From Terriglobia bacterium (GTDB lineage Bacteria; Acidobacteriota; Terriglobia; Bryobacterales; Bryobacteraceae), in the NCBI GenBank assembly GCA_963742255.1, contig CAVUKW010000007.1, forward strand, positions 1,680-65,679: 64,000 nt of DNA. Reading direction: 5' to 3'. Within the stretch, counting starts at the first letter, position 1; each line of letters starts with the position of its first letter. The notes beneath the pieces are model-generated. The model did no database searches. It had not been told where the DNA came from and was given only the letters and a program-made list of their open reading frames with translations. The position numbers and the translations under genes were made by a program. This document shows, one piece after another, positions 1 through 8,618 of this stretch.

Positions 1-1828
1 GCGCAGCTCGAGCGCGCCGAGGGCTTCAGCCCGTGCGAGCCGATGCTCGAGACGCGGGTCGTGACGTTCGACAGCGAGGCCAGCCGCGGAACCTCCTGCC
101 GTCGGCGACCGTCGACATCGCGCAGCTGTCGTTCACCCCCGGCCGCTTCGGAGCGCGGCTCGTCGAGCTTCGCGACCGCGACGGCACCGAGACCGCGTCG
201 AGGAACCGCCGCCCCGCCCGTACTACCGCTGCCTGCACCTCAACGACGACATCGGATTGGTCGTCATCGGTGGAGGCGGGACGGGAACGGGGACGGGGAT
301 CACTCCGCCGCCGGACCTGCGGATCGACTTCCCCGCCGACGTCAAGGGGGTCGCGGTGCTCGCGCTGGCCGGCGCAGGCTGGTCCGTCGAGGCGTTCGAC
401 TGCGCCGGCCAGCGCGTCGCCACCGCGCAGCTGACCCGGCAGGGCGTGGTGGGCATCGTGCGGACGTCCCAGCTCGTCGTGCAGGCATCGCGCATCCGCA
501 GGCTGCACATTCAGGGCGGCCTGCACACGTCACTGCTCGCGCTCGCGATCCAGGGCGCGGCATCGGAGGCCGAGCGGGCGACGGCCCGGACCGCGATGGA
601 GCAGACGCTCGAGCGCTTCAAGAGCGAGGAGCCGGTTTTCAAGCGGGCGCTACCGGCTTCGCGTCCGCACATCCGTAAGCGACGTCGGCGGGCACTCATT
701 GGACAGCCCGCGGAGATCGAACAGCCACCCGTCCCGGCGACCACCGCCGTCTCCGGTGCAAGATGCACGCTGGAGCAGGCGTTCGAGTTCCGCGTGGAGG
801 GCCCGCCCGGCGCGAGCAGTGTCGCGGACGCTGGCCTCGCCACGCTCGAGCCGTACGTGCGCGAGACGCAGCCCGCGCGCGGCTCGCGCGCGGTCTACCG
901 GCACTACGACCTCGGCGCCGCCTTCCGTGCCGACTACGTGGACCACATGTACCGCTCAGCCTCGCGCACGCTCATCATCGAGCTGCGTGCCGACGATGGC
1001 ACGATCGCCGGCGTCGCCAACACGATGGGGAAGGGGAACGAGATCGGCCTGCGACGCGAGGAGCGCACGTGGCTGCACACGCTCAGCCGGACGAACTGCC
1101 AGCTCACGCTGGACGAATCGAAGATCGTCCGCGAATCAGCGGTGCGCGCGCAACTCGGGGCATCGCCGCTGGCCCCACGACGCCGCTACGACGCCGTGCT
1201 CGTCGGCGAGCCATTCGGAGGGAGGGGGCGCGGGAGCTCGCACGCCTCCGCTCTATATGTGGTCATTCACAACCTGCGCGTACCTCAACTTCGTCGACCA
1301 CTTCAGCCTGAGTGGCCCCGTGCGCGACGCCACGATAGCGGGGCGAACTGGGCCGGACTGGGCCGTCGCCTCCACGAGCAGCCCCTTCGACGGAGAGCAT
1401 CTTCGCGGACCTCGCGGTGGAGCGCCCATTGCCCCAGGGCCTCGAGCTCCACCGGCTCGCGTCGAAGGCGGTAAGACCTGGGGCGTGCTCCTCTCGAGTC
1501 CCGAGCCGTTTGCGACGGAGCGCGTTCGGATGCAACTCGTCTACGCGCCGACCCCTGACGTCGACCCCACGACGATGCCGCACTGCCTCCGAATCGGGAT
1601 GCCGACGGGACGCGAGCGATCCTGGTGCGTCTCCAGCCTGGCGGCGTCGCCACGTATCTTCCGCCCGGCTCGTATGTCCTCCTGGCGACGTTCCGGCGGG
1701 ACCTCGGCGTGCCTGGCGCGCCCGTCCTCTCTGAGTCCGGCTCCGTGGCCGACGAGACGGCTGAGATGCATGGGAGGTTCCAGCGCGATGACGCACGGTT
1801 GCCGCGTGATCGCGCGCGGGCCTGCTGA
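1..1828 (+). CDS. 3' part of a large hypothetical protein (actinomycete-type codon usage), readable only across several frame changes; runs off the 5' edge
   Basis: Protein-like stretches lie in different frames of overlapping ORFs (33..434, 257..1474, 699..2276, 1417..1734, 1625..1828). Examples: YYRCLHLNDDIGLVVIGG, LIIELRADDGTIAGVANTMGKGNEIGLRREERTWLHTL, RVRMQLVYAPTPDVD. No family recognised. Confidence 0.3.
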
Positions 1829-2276
1829 GCTGCGTACCACCCGCGCTCCGATCGCCGCTTCGCGCGCAGTCGGAGGCCTGGCCGGCCGAGTCGCCTCCTT
1901 TCCCGCTCCACGGGCAGTGGCGTGCACCGGTGCGCAGCGACGCCTCGTACTGCCTGCTCTGCGCTACCCCGCTGTGCGTTCGCCGGGTTCGCGCGATGGT
2001 GCCCTGGATCCCATCCACCGCGCTGTACGGCTAGCTACACTCGCGGTAACAGGCCGGACGGGGAGCGTTACCGGGCCCGCCGCGCGGTGGACTCCCCATA
2101 TAACGATCTCCTACAGCACGGGCAGACAGCCCATGGCACCCATCGCCGTTGCGCTAGGGCGCGAAGTTCCAGGATGCGACCTAACGGTACGAGCCGTCAG
2201 CCTGGTTATTCAGTGGGAACCTGAGCGGCTTTGGAATTGGCAGCCGGTGGGCACGGCCAGCCTGGGCACTTCGTAA
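1788..2276 (+). CDS. Hypothetical protein with a C-terminal H-x-T/S-type motif (PHITISYS); possibly 2H phosphoesterase/LigT-like
   Basis: In-frame ATG at 1788 inside ORF 699..2276. The tail WTPHITISYSTGRQP...VRAVSLVIQWEP resembles the second HxT/S motif plus following strand of 2H phosphoesterases. The first motif was not found, possibly because of frameshifts. Confidence 0.25.
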   Translation: MTHGCRVIARGPAELRTTRAPIAASRAVGGLAGRVASFPAPRAVACTGAQRRLVLPALRYPAVRSPGSRDGALDPIHRAVRLATLAVTGRTGSVTGPAARWTPHITISYSTGRQPMAPIAVALGREVPGCDLTVRAVSLVIQWEPERLWNWQPVGTASLGTS

Positions 2277-2290
2277 GCCAGCGGTTCTGG

Positions 2291-2570
2291 CTATCTCTGC
2301 GCCTGATCATCGCGAGGCGCGACGAAAGAGCCGCGGCCGTGAACCGTGACGACCAGCCCTGTCCCGCAGCTGAGCTACGGCGCGACGCACTGTCATCCTG
2401 GCCACGCCGAACTGCTGGGACAGATCTATCTCGCTTGGCAGCCGCGTATCCGGCGCGAGCCGTCCGGTCCTGATGTCTGCCTCGATGTCCCGGGCGACCT
2501 GGGTAGCTACGGGCACGGACGAATCGTGCCGTATTCGGCCAGATCGGTCATCGAGCGACATGTTGATCAT
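2291..2570 (-). CDS. Small GntR-type winged-HTH protein (HTH domain only), one frameshift near 2345
   Basis: ORF 2307..2570 reads RLPSEIDLSQQFGVARMTVRRAVAQLRD. After a G-run, shifting frame gives GLVVTVHGRGSFVAP, the typical wing, ending at TAG (complement of 2291..2293). Confidence 0.6.
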
Positions 2571-2608
2571 GGTAGATGACCCTTGACCTGCATGGACGCA
2601 TAGCTACG

Positions 2609-2656
2609 TCTAGTGAGGCACGCTAGATATCTATAGACATCTAGTGATAGCCTCAC
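2609..2656. promoter_or_regulatory. AT-rich operator-like region in the divergent GntR/XRE intergenic space
   Basis: Direct repeat TCTAGTGA at 2609 and 2640. Inverted repeat GTGAGGC (2613..2619) / GCCTCAC (2650..2656). Central palindrome TAGATATCTA (2624..2633). The surrounding DNA is very GC-rich. Confidence 0.3.
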
Positions 2657-2751
2657 AGTGCGCGGCGGGGGCTGTGATGCCTTGCATCCACTTCGAGGCC
2701 CCCGCCGACGCCCACCTCAGCGCGCCTGGCCAAGGAGTCAACCGATGAGCG

Positions 2752-3582
2752 ATGGCACGAGTACCCCTGCGGTACTTCGGGCAGCAGGTGCGCCGGGCCC
2801 GGCGCGCGGCCGGGTGGACGCTGACCGAGTTCGGGCAGCGGATCGGCTACGACCCGGGGCAGATATCCCGCATCGAGAACGGCAAGCGCCCGCCCACCGA
2901 ACTGTTCGCCCAGGTGTGCGACCGGGCGTTCCCCGAACGGGACGGGTGGTTCGGCGAGTTCTACGCCGAGTCCCGCACCTGGATCGCCACCCCGCCGTGG
3001 CTCCGCAGCTGGGTCGAGCACGAGCAGCAGGCCGCGACCCTGCGCATCTGGCAGCTCGGCGTCCTCTCCGGACTGCTCCAGACCCAGGAGTACGCACGCG
3101 CGATCCTCGCCGTCAACCCCGGCGTGACCGAGGACCAGGTGCGCGAGCGTCTCGCCGCGCGGCTGGCCCGCCAGGCGATCCTGGCCCGGGACGATCCACC
3201 GGCCGTCTGGTTCCTGGTGGACGAGGCCGCGCTGCGCCGCTGCGTCGGCTCACCAGACGTCATGGCCGCGCAGCTGGCCCATCTCCGGGGCGTCGCGCGG
3301 CTGCCGAATATCACCATCCAGGTAGTACCGAGCATCGCGCACGCCGGGCTGCTCGGCGGTTTCGCCGTCGCAGAGAGCGCCGCGTACGTCGAGACCGCTG
3401 TTGCGGGTCAGGTCTTCGAGGACGCCGATATCATTGCGGGGCTGCTGACCCGTTTCGATACGCTCAGGAACGAGGCGTTCCGGGGGTCAGAGTCCCTGGC
3501 CTTGATAGAGCGGATGTGCGAGGAATGGACAGCATCTGGCGTAAGAGCAGCTACTCAGGTGACAACGGCGGGGAATGCGTAG
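2752..3582 (+). CDS. XRE-family HTH regulator with DUF5753-type C-terminal domain (WhiJ-like)
   Basis: Intact 276-aa ORF. N-terminal HTH: FGQQVRRARRAAGWTLTEFGQRIGYDPGQISRIENGKRPP. C-terminal part has LQTQEYARAIL...VWFLVDEAALRR...ITIQVVP, typical of Streptomyces WhiJ paralogs. Confidence 0.85.
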   Translation: MARVPLRYFGQQVRRARRAAGWTLTEFGQRIGYDPGQISRIENGKRPPTELFAQVCDRAFPERDGWFGEFYAESRTWIATPPWLRSWVEHEQQAATLRIWQLGVLSGLLQTQEYARAILAVNPGVTEDQVRERLAARLARQAILARDDPPAVWFLVDEAALRRCVGSPDVMAAQLAHLRGVARLPNITIQVVPSIAHAGLLGGFAVAESAAYVETAVAGQVFEDADIIAGLLTRFDTLRNEAFRGSESLALIERMCEEWTASGVRAATQVTTAGNA

Positions 3583-3692
3583 AAATCGCCGCAGCCGGGA
3601 CCGTGCTGGTCCGCGACACGGCCGACCGCGGCGGCCCGGTACTCACGTTCACCGCTGACGCATGGCGGGCGTTCACCGCGGCGATCAGCTAA
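3525..3692 (+). CDS. DUF397 domain protein
   Basis: 55 aa: MDSIWRKSSYSGDNGGECVEIAAAG.VLVRDTAD, the hallmark W-x-KSSYS...G-x-CVE motif. It overlaps the 3' end of the XRE gene, as is usual for this pair. Confidence 0.85.
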   Translation: MDSIWRKSSYSGDNGGECVEIAAAGTVLVRDTADRGGPVLTFTADAWRAFTAAIS

Positions 3693-3870
3693 CTAGCCGC
3701 TACCGGCTATCGCGCAAACGGGGCAGCCTCGGAATCCGAGGGTGCCCCGCCGCATGGCAGGCCAGTTTGCCAACCCTGCCGGCCGTTTGCCATCTGCCAG
3801 GCAATGACTACCGGCTACGGGTCCCGGACGTGCAGGCTGCCACTAGGCAGGCACGAAGGGACCCCAGGTC

Positions 3871-4290
3871 ATGGCCAGGACAGCAGCAGAAGCCGACTCG
3901 CGGCTGATCGCACTCGCCTTGCCGAGCATCCCGGAAGCAGTGCCGATAGCGCGCTGGCATGTCCGGGACGCGCTCGACTCCCACGGGCTGGGCGAGTACG
4001 GGGTCGACGCCGAGATCATCACGTCCGAACTGGTCACCAACGCGGTCCAGCACGTCCGCGGCAAGGGGACGGAGACGATCGGGCTATCGCTCACGCATGC
4101 CGGGAGCCCGCCCGTGGTGACCGTCGTCGTGTCGGACCCCTCCCCCGAAGGCCCCGTCAGACGCGATGCGCCGGCCGACAGCGATCAGGGCCGAGGGCTG
4201 CAGATCGTGGAGGCATTGTCTGCTCACTGGGGCTGGCGCCACCAAGACAGCGGAAAAGCCGTCTTCGCGGTCCTGGCCCGGGAGGCATGA
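3871..4290 (+). CDS. ATP-binding protein, anti-sigma-factor-kinase-like (HATPase_c, RsbW/SpoIIAB type)
   Basis: Intact 139-aa ORF. SELVTNAVQH (N-box-like) and DQGRGLQIVEALSAHWG (G-box-like). Third member of the WhiJ-type triad. Confidence 0.8.
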   Translation: MARTAAEADSRLIALALPSIPEAVPIARWHVRDALDSHGLGEYGVDAEIITSELVTNAVQHVRGKGTETIGLSLTHAGSPPVVTVVVSDPSPEGPVRRDAPADSDQGRGLQIVEALSAHWGWRHQDSGKAVFAVLAREA

Positions 4291-4296
4291 TCGGTC

Positions 4297-4565
4297 ATGG
4301 CTGACATCTCAGACCTGCCGATGCTCCACGACATCGACGCCGACTACTCACCCCAGTACGTCAAGCTCGCCCGGGTCCTCCGCGACAAGATCGAATCCGG
4401 CCAGTACCGCCGCGGCGACAGCCTGCCAGCCGCCGATCTCGCCGCCAGCACAAGGTCTCCGTCCGGGTGACCTGCAACGCGCTCGCAATGCTTTCTGCGA
4501 ACCGGTATGTCGACCGCCCCGAACCGTTCAGGTCGTACAGCGTCATCTGGCAGGCGGGTGCGTGA
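4297..4565 (+). CDS. Small GntR-type wHTH protein, one frameshift near 4450
   Basis: ATG at 4297 reads MADISDLP...YVKLARVLRDKIESGQYRRGDSLPAADLAA. Shifting frame gives VSVRVTCNALAMLSANRYVDRPEPFRSYSV. The TGA at 4563..4565 overlaps the next ATG. Confidence 0.5.
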
Positions 4566-4927
4566 TGCCCGGACGGTTCCGTCGCGTTGATGAGATCCCG
4601 CGGGACCGGGCTGCCGTTGTCGGCGCGAACATCCGGGTCCTTCGCCAGCAGCACGGCTGGAACCAGGCGGAGCTCGGTGAGCTGATGGGCTGGCCTAGTA
4701 ACTCCACCGTGTGCGCCGCCGAAGGCCGCCGCAACGGCAGGCAGCGCGGATTCACCACCCATGAGATCGAGCGACTGGCCGCCGTCTTCGGCGTCCCCCC
4801 ATCGCAGCTCACGATGGAGTGCGTGAACTGCGGCGGGCAGCCGCGCCGGGTTCGCCTGCCTGACCTGCGGAGCCCGGCCCCAGACCGGCCCCAGACAAGA
4901 AGCTTAAGTTCACCGGCCGGGCCATAA
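4565..4927 (+). CDS. XRE-family HTH protein, probably with a C-terminal CxxC..CxxC zinc ribbon lost to a frameshift
   Basis: In-frame ATG at 4565 within ORF 4166..4927. HTH: IRVLRQQHGWNQAELGELMGW. After ECVNCGG an alternative frame reads AGFACLTCGA. Confidence 0.55.
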   Translation: MPGRFRRVDEIPRDRAAVVGANIRVLRQQHGWNQAELGELMGWPSNSTVCAAEGRRNGRQRGFTTHEIERLAAVFGVPPSQLTMECVNCGGQPRRVRLPDLRSPAPDRPQTRSLSSPAGP

Positions 4928-5033
4928 CGGCCGGACGGCGCCGACGCTCGCCGAAGTGCTTCGACAAGGCCACGGTGCCCTTGACCTCAGAAGACGTTCT
5001 TCATCGCGGTCAGATGAGTGCGCCCGGTCAGGG

Positions 5034-5512
5034 TCAGATGGGTGCACTCGAGCAGGGGCATGTGGGTTCATCGCTCCGAATCGCTGCCCTATCTGGTGAG
5101 GTATCAGTTTCGTTGGCTGCAACGATGTCTTTATGCTCACAGTAATGAGGCATTCCCCGCGGCGCTGGCCTGATCTCCGCATTAGTCCTTATAGAAGGTG
5201 CCTTTATCAGGCTGGCGGGGCGTGGAGAACCAACCAGGACGGCAGCGAAGTCAACGCACCGGTCGGCGTAGTTAAGCGCATAATCCCGGCGGCCCTTGTC
5301 AAGGAAGAGTGCCAATAGGGCAACGATGCCAGCGAATACTGCCGGGTCACCGGCACCGCGGCGATGAAGAATCGCACGCCTGCCCGTGCTTGCCTTCCGC
5401 TGGCCAGCCAGAGGGGTGCTCCCATGGCGAACACCTCCTCTAGTGCTCCACCACCGAACATCTCGTTCTCGTTGTAGTTTCTCTTGCCCTCTTGCCGCAC
5501 GACAAGGGGCAT
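5034..5512 (-). CDS. Hypothetical small protein with one hydrophobic segment (frameshifted), divergent from an XRE gene
   Basis: ORF 5207..5674 (from Met at 5512: MPLVVRQEGKRNYNENEMFGGGALEEVF) joins by a frame change to ORF 5034..5315 (DPAVFAGIVALLALFLDKGRRDYALNYADRCVDF). GC is lower than in the flanks. No family recognised. Confidence 0.25.
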
Positions 5513-5526
5513 GTCATTGTTCTTCT

Positions 5527-5991
5527 GTGGAGCAAGCGCGAGTCGGCCAGCCGGAGCAAGGTACGCCAACGGCGAGGGCGGTCCGTAGGATCCGGGATGC
5601 GCGTAAGGCACGGGGATGGTCGGTGCAGCAGCTGGCTGACGCATGTGCTGCGGCGGGCATGGAATCGCTGACAAGGAGCACCCTAGCCAAGATCGAATCT
5701 GGAATTCGCGAGTTCATCACGGTAGATGAGCTTGTCGTCATCGCCGACGCGCTGGGCCTAGCGGCTGTGGACCTAGTCCATCCTGACTCGTCTGCTCGCG
5801 CTCATACAGGCGGTGCGGCGCTCCCAAATGCCGGACAGCGCCGGGATAGGCGTGACCGCGTGGGGACCGCTGTATGCCCACGCTGCTTCGCCAGGTTCAA
5901 TGTTCGAGACACGTTGTTCCGCTGCGGCGGCGGGCGCAGTCGGCCGGGGCGTGAGTCATGCGAACTTGAGGTAGTGTGCGGCGTATCCTAA
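5527..5991 (+). CDS. XRE-family HTH protein followed by the start of a zinc-ribbon-like segment; 3' end is not native (cut by the composition breakpoint)
   Basis: Within ORF 5386..5991: GWSVQQLADACAAAGMESLTRSTLAKIESGIREFITVDELVVIADALG, then VCPRCFARFNVRDTLFRC, then low-quality sequence. A GTG at 5527 is a possible start (uncertain). Confidence 0.5.
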   Translation: MEQARVGQPEQGTPTARAVRRIRDARKARGWSVQQLADACAAAGMESLTRSTLAKIESGIREFITVDELVVIADALGLAAVDLVHPDSSARAHTGGAALPNAGQRRDRRDRVGTAVCPRCFARFNVRDTLFRCGGGRSRPGRESCELEVVCGVS

Positions 5992-6017
5992 AGATAGGTG
6001 CGGATTCGCATCTTTCC
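5900..6017. other. Composition/taxonomy breakpoint (chimeric assembly join or boundary of foreign DNA)
   Basis: Upstream genes are actinomycete-specific families in very GC-rich DNA. Downstream starts a MacB-type permease gene with no cognate ATPase or MFP gene upstream. ORF 5386..5991 loses protein-like character here. Confidence 0.5.
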
Positions 6018-7267
6018 ATGAAGATCCGTTCCCAGGCCTCTTTTCTCGAAGCCGCCTCCGTCGCCTTCGACTCGCTGCGGGCCAGCAAGCTGCGCAGCTT
6101 TCTGACGCTGCTCGGGATCATCCTGTCCACCACGACGCTGATCGCCGTGATGTCGGTGATCCACGGCATGGACGTCTACGTCGCGCAAACTGCGTCGAGC
6201 ATGGGCAACGACGGATTCCGCGTGCTGCGCGTCGCCTTCATCGGCCCCCGCAACGCCAAGCAGTTCCTCGAAGCGATCCGCAAGAATCCTGAGCTCACCC
6301 GCGAGGAATACGCGTTCATCAAGAACAACTCGACGATGCTTCGCGAGTCGGGCATATTCGTGCAGCGTGGCTCAAAGTCACCTATTCGGGCGATCTGGTG
6401 GACGGCGTTCCAGTGATGGGCGCCACCGCGAACACCCTGGCCATGACCAATACCCAGATCGACCTCGGCCGCATGTATAGCGACATCGAGGATCCCGCCA
6501 CATGGAAGTGGTCTTCATCGGCGCCGATTTCAAGTCGCGCTTTTTCCCGAATGTCGACCCCATCGGCAAGACCGTCGCTATCGATGGGCGCCCCTTCGAA
6601 GTCGTCGGTGTCGCCAAACCCAAGGGCAGCGTGTTCGGACAATCGCAGGACAACTACGTCGCGATTCCCGATCAAACGTATTTCAAGATTTACGGGGCGA
6701 TGAAGGGCATCAGCTTCAATTTCGAGGCGCTGAGCCGCGATCAGCTGGAACAGGCCCAGGATGAAGTGCGCATGCTGTTCCGCAGCGTCCGCCATTTGCG
6801 TCCGCAGCAGGACGATAATTTCGCGATCCAATCCTCCGATTCGCTGGTCTCGGCGTGGGATCAGTTGACCGGCGCCATCGCCGGCGCCGCGGTCGGCATC
6901 GTCAGCGTGTTCATGGTGGTCGGCGGCGTGGTGATCATGAACATCATGCTGGCCGTGGTCAGCGAGCGCACTCGCGAAATCGGCGTGCGCAAATCCGTCG
7001 GCGCGCGGCGCCAGGATATTCTCAACCAGTTTCTGGTGGAATCGTCGGTGCTATCGGGAATCGGCGGCATGATGGGCGTCACCCTTGCCTGGCTGGTCGC
7101 GGTCGCGGTGCGCAACTTCACGCCCGGTACCGATGGAAATTCCGATCAACGCCGTGGTGCTCGGCGTCGCCTTCTCCGCCGCCGTCGGATTGTTCTTCGG
7201 CATTTATCCCGCCAGACGCGCGGCGCGCCTGGACCCGATTGTCGCCCTGCGTTCGGAGACTTCTTAA
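6018..7267 (+). CDS. MacB/FtsX-family ABC transporter permease (MacB_PCD + FtsX), at least 3 frameshifts
   Basis: Pieces lie in ORFs 5976..6416, 6398..6703, 6502..7272 and 7085..7267. Motifs: SLRASKLRSFLTLLGIILSTTTLIAVMS, FIGADFKSRFFPNVDPIGKTVAIDGRPFEVVGV, MLAVVSERTREIGVRKSVGARRQDIL, GIYPARRAARLDPIVALR. Confidence 0.85.
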
Positions 7268-7268
7268 A

Positions 7269-8502
7269 ATGAAACTCCTGATTTCCGTCATCGGGCTGGC
7301 GCTCGCGACGCTGCGCGAGAATAAAATCCGTTCCTTGCTCACCGTGCTCGGCGTCATCATCGGCACCGGTACCATCATCGCCGTCGGATCGATCCTCGCC
7401 GGACTCGACGGCGCAGTCACCGGCGTCATCCGCAGCTTCGGCACCAACACCGCCATCGTGTTCAAGATGCGCATGGGACCCGGCTTCGGCGGCCGCACCG
7501 CGGAGGAGCGTAATCGCAAGCCGCTCACCTACGAAGACGCCGTCGCCATCGGCGAGCGCTGCCCGTCAGTCGAAGCACGTCAGTCCGTACCTGTTTCCGA
7601 ACGGCAACTATACGGTTCGCTACAAGGGCAACGATTATTTTGGTCCCCAAATCGGCGGATCCGACCGAAGGCTACGCCACCAGCGGCCAAGCCGATATGA
7701 AATTCGGACGCTTCTTCACCGACACCGAGGACCGCCATCATATGCCCGTCGTCGTGATCGGCGAGGATGTCTACAAAGCCCTGTTCGGCGCCGAGGATGC
7801 CATCGGCAAAAACATCACCGTGGCCGGCGAACGAACTGGAAGTGATCGGCGTCATGAACCGCCCCGCCACTTCCCTTCCCGGGCCAGGACGATAATCGCG
7901 TACTGCTGCCGTACTTCACCATGCACAAGCTGTTTCCCGAGGCTCGCGAAAACATGCTGATCGTGGCCGCCAGGCCGGGCATGCTTCCGGCGGCCATCGA
8001 CGAATTGCGCGCCGTGCTGCGCCAGCAGCGTCACGTGCCGCTTGCGAAGCCCGACAATTTCGCCATCTCCACCGCCGACCAGATGGTGGAGCAATTCCGC
8101 TCCCTCACCTCCGTGATCACACTGGTCATGATTGTCCTCAGCTCCATCGGCCTGCTGGTCGGCGGCATCGGCGTGATGAACATCATGCTGGTTTCGGTCA
8201 CCGAGCGGACCCGCGAAATCGGCGTGCGCAAAGCGATCGGCGCGCGTCGCAGCGACATCGTCGCTCAGTTTCTAGCGGAAGCGGTCGTGCTAACAGGACT
8301 GGGTGGACTGCTCGGAATGCTCGGCGGATGGATGGTCTCGCTCGCCAGCCATCTCGCGTTTCCCAATCTGCCGACCATGGTTCCGCTGTGGGCCGCGGGT
8401 CTGGGAATCGTCGTGTCCGTCGGCATCGGACTCTTCTTCGGAATCTGGCCCGCCAGCAAAGCCGCCCGCCTCGATCCCGTCGAAGCCCTGCGCTACGAGT
8501 AG
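7269..8502 (+). CDS. Second MacB/FtsX-family ABC transporter permease, at least 2 frameshifts
   Basis: ATG at 7269 (MKLLISVIGLALATLRENKIRSLLTVLGVIIG) in ORF 6855..7700, continued in 7640..7960 and 7921..8502. Motifs: MLVSVTERTREIGVRKAIGARRSDIV, GIWPASKAARLDPVEALRYE. Confidence 0.85.
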
Positions 8503-8522
8503 ACTCTACGCGTTCGCTGAGA

Positions 8523-8603
8523 GGGGACAGACCACTCTGTCCCGAATCCAGAGTCGCTGATTTTCAGGGAAGCGCGCCGGCGTGGACAGAGCGGTCTGTC
8601 CCC
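8523..8603. repeat. Inverted pair of REP-like hairpins (GGGACAG-N6-CTGTCCC class)
   Basis: GGGGACAGACCACTCTGTCCC at 8523..8543. At 8582..8603 the reverse complement reads GGGGACAGACCGCTCTGTCCAC. The two are separated by about 40 nt and lie in the convergent intergenic gap between the permease and the peptidase. Confidence 0.6.
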
Positions 8604-8618
8604 GCGGTCCACAAGCTC

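Noticed and set aside
699-2276. A single 525-aa ORF that looks like one gene
   Set aside because: Only parts of it read like protein. Neighbouring frames carry the better-looking segments, so it is a composite created by frameshifts, not one native CDS.
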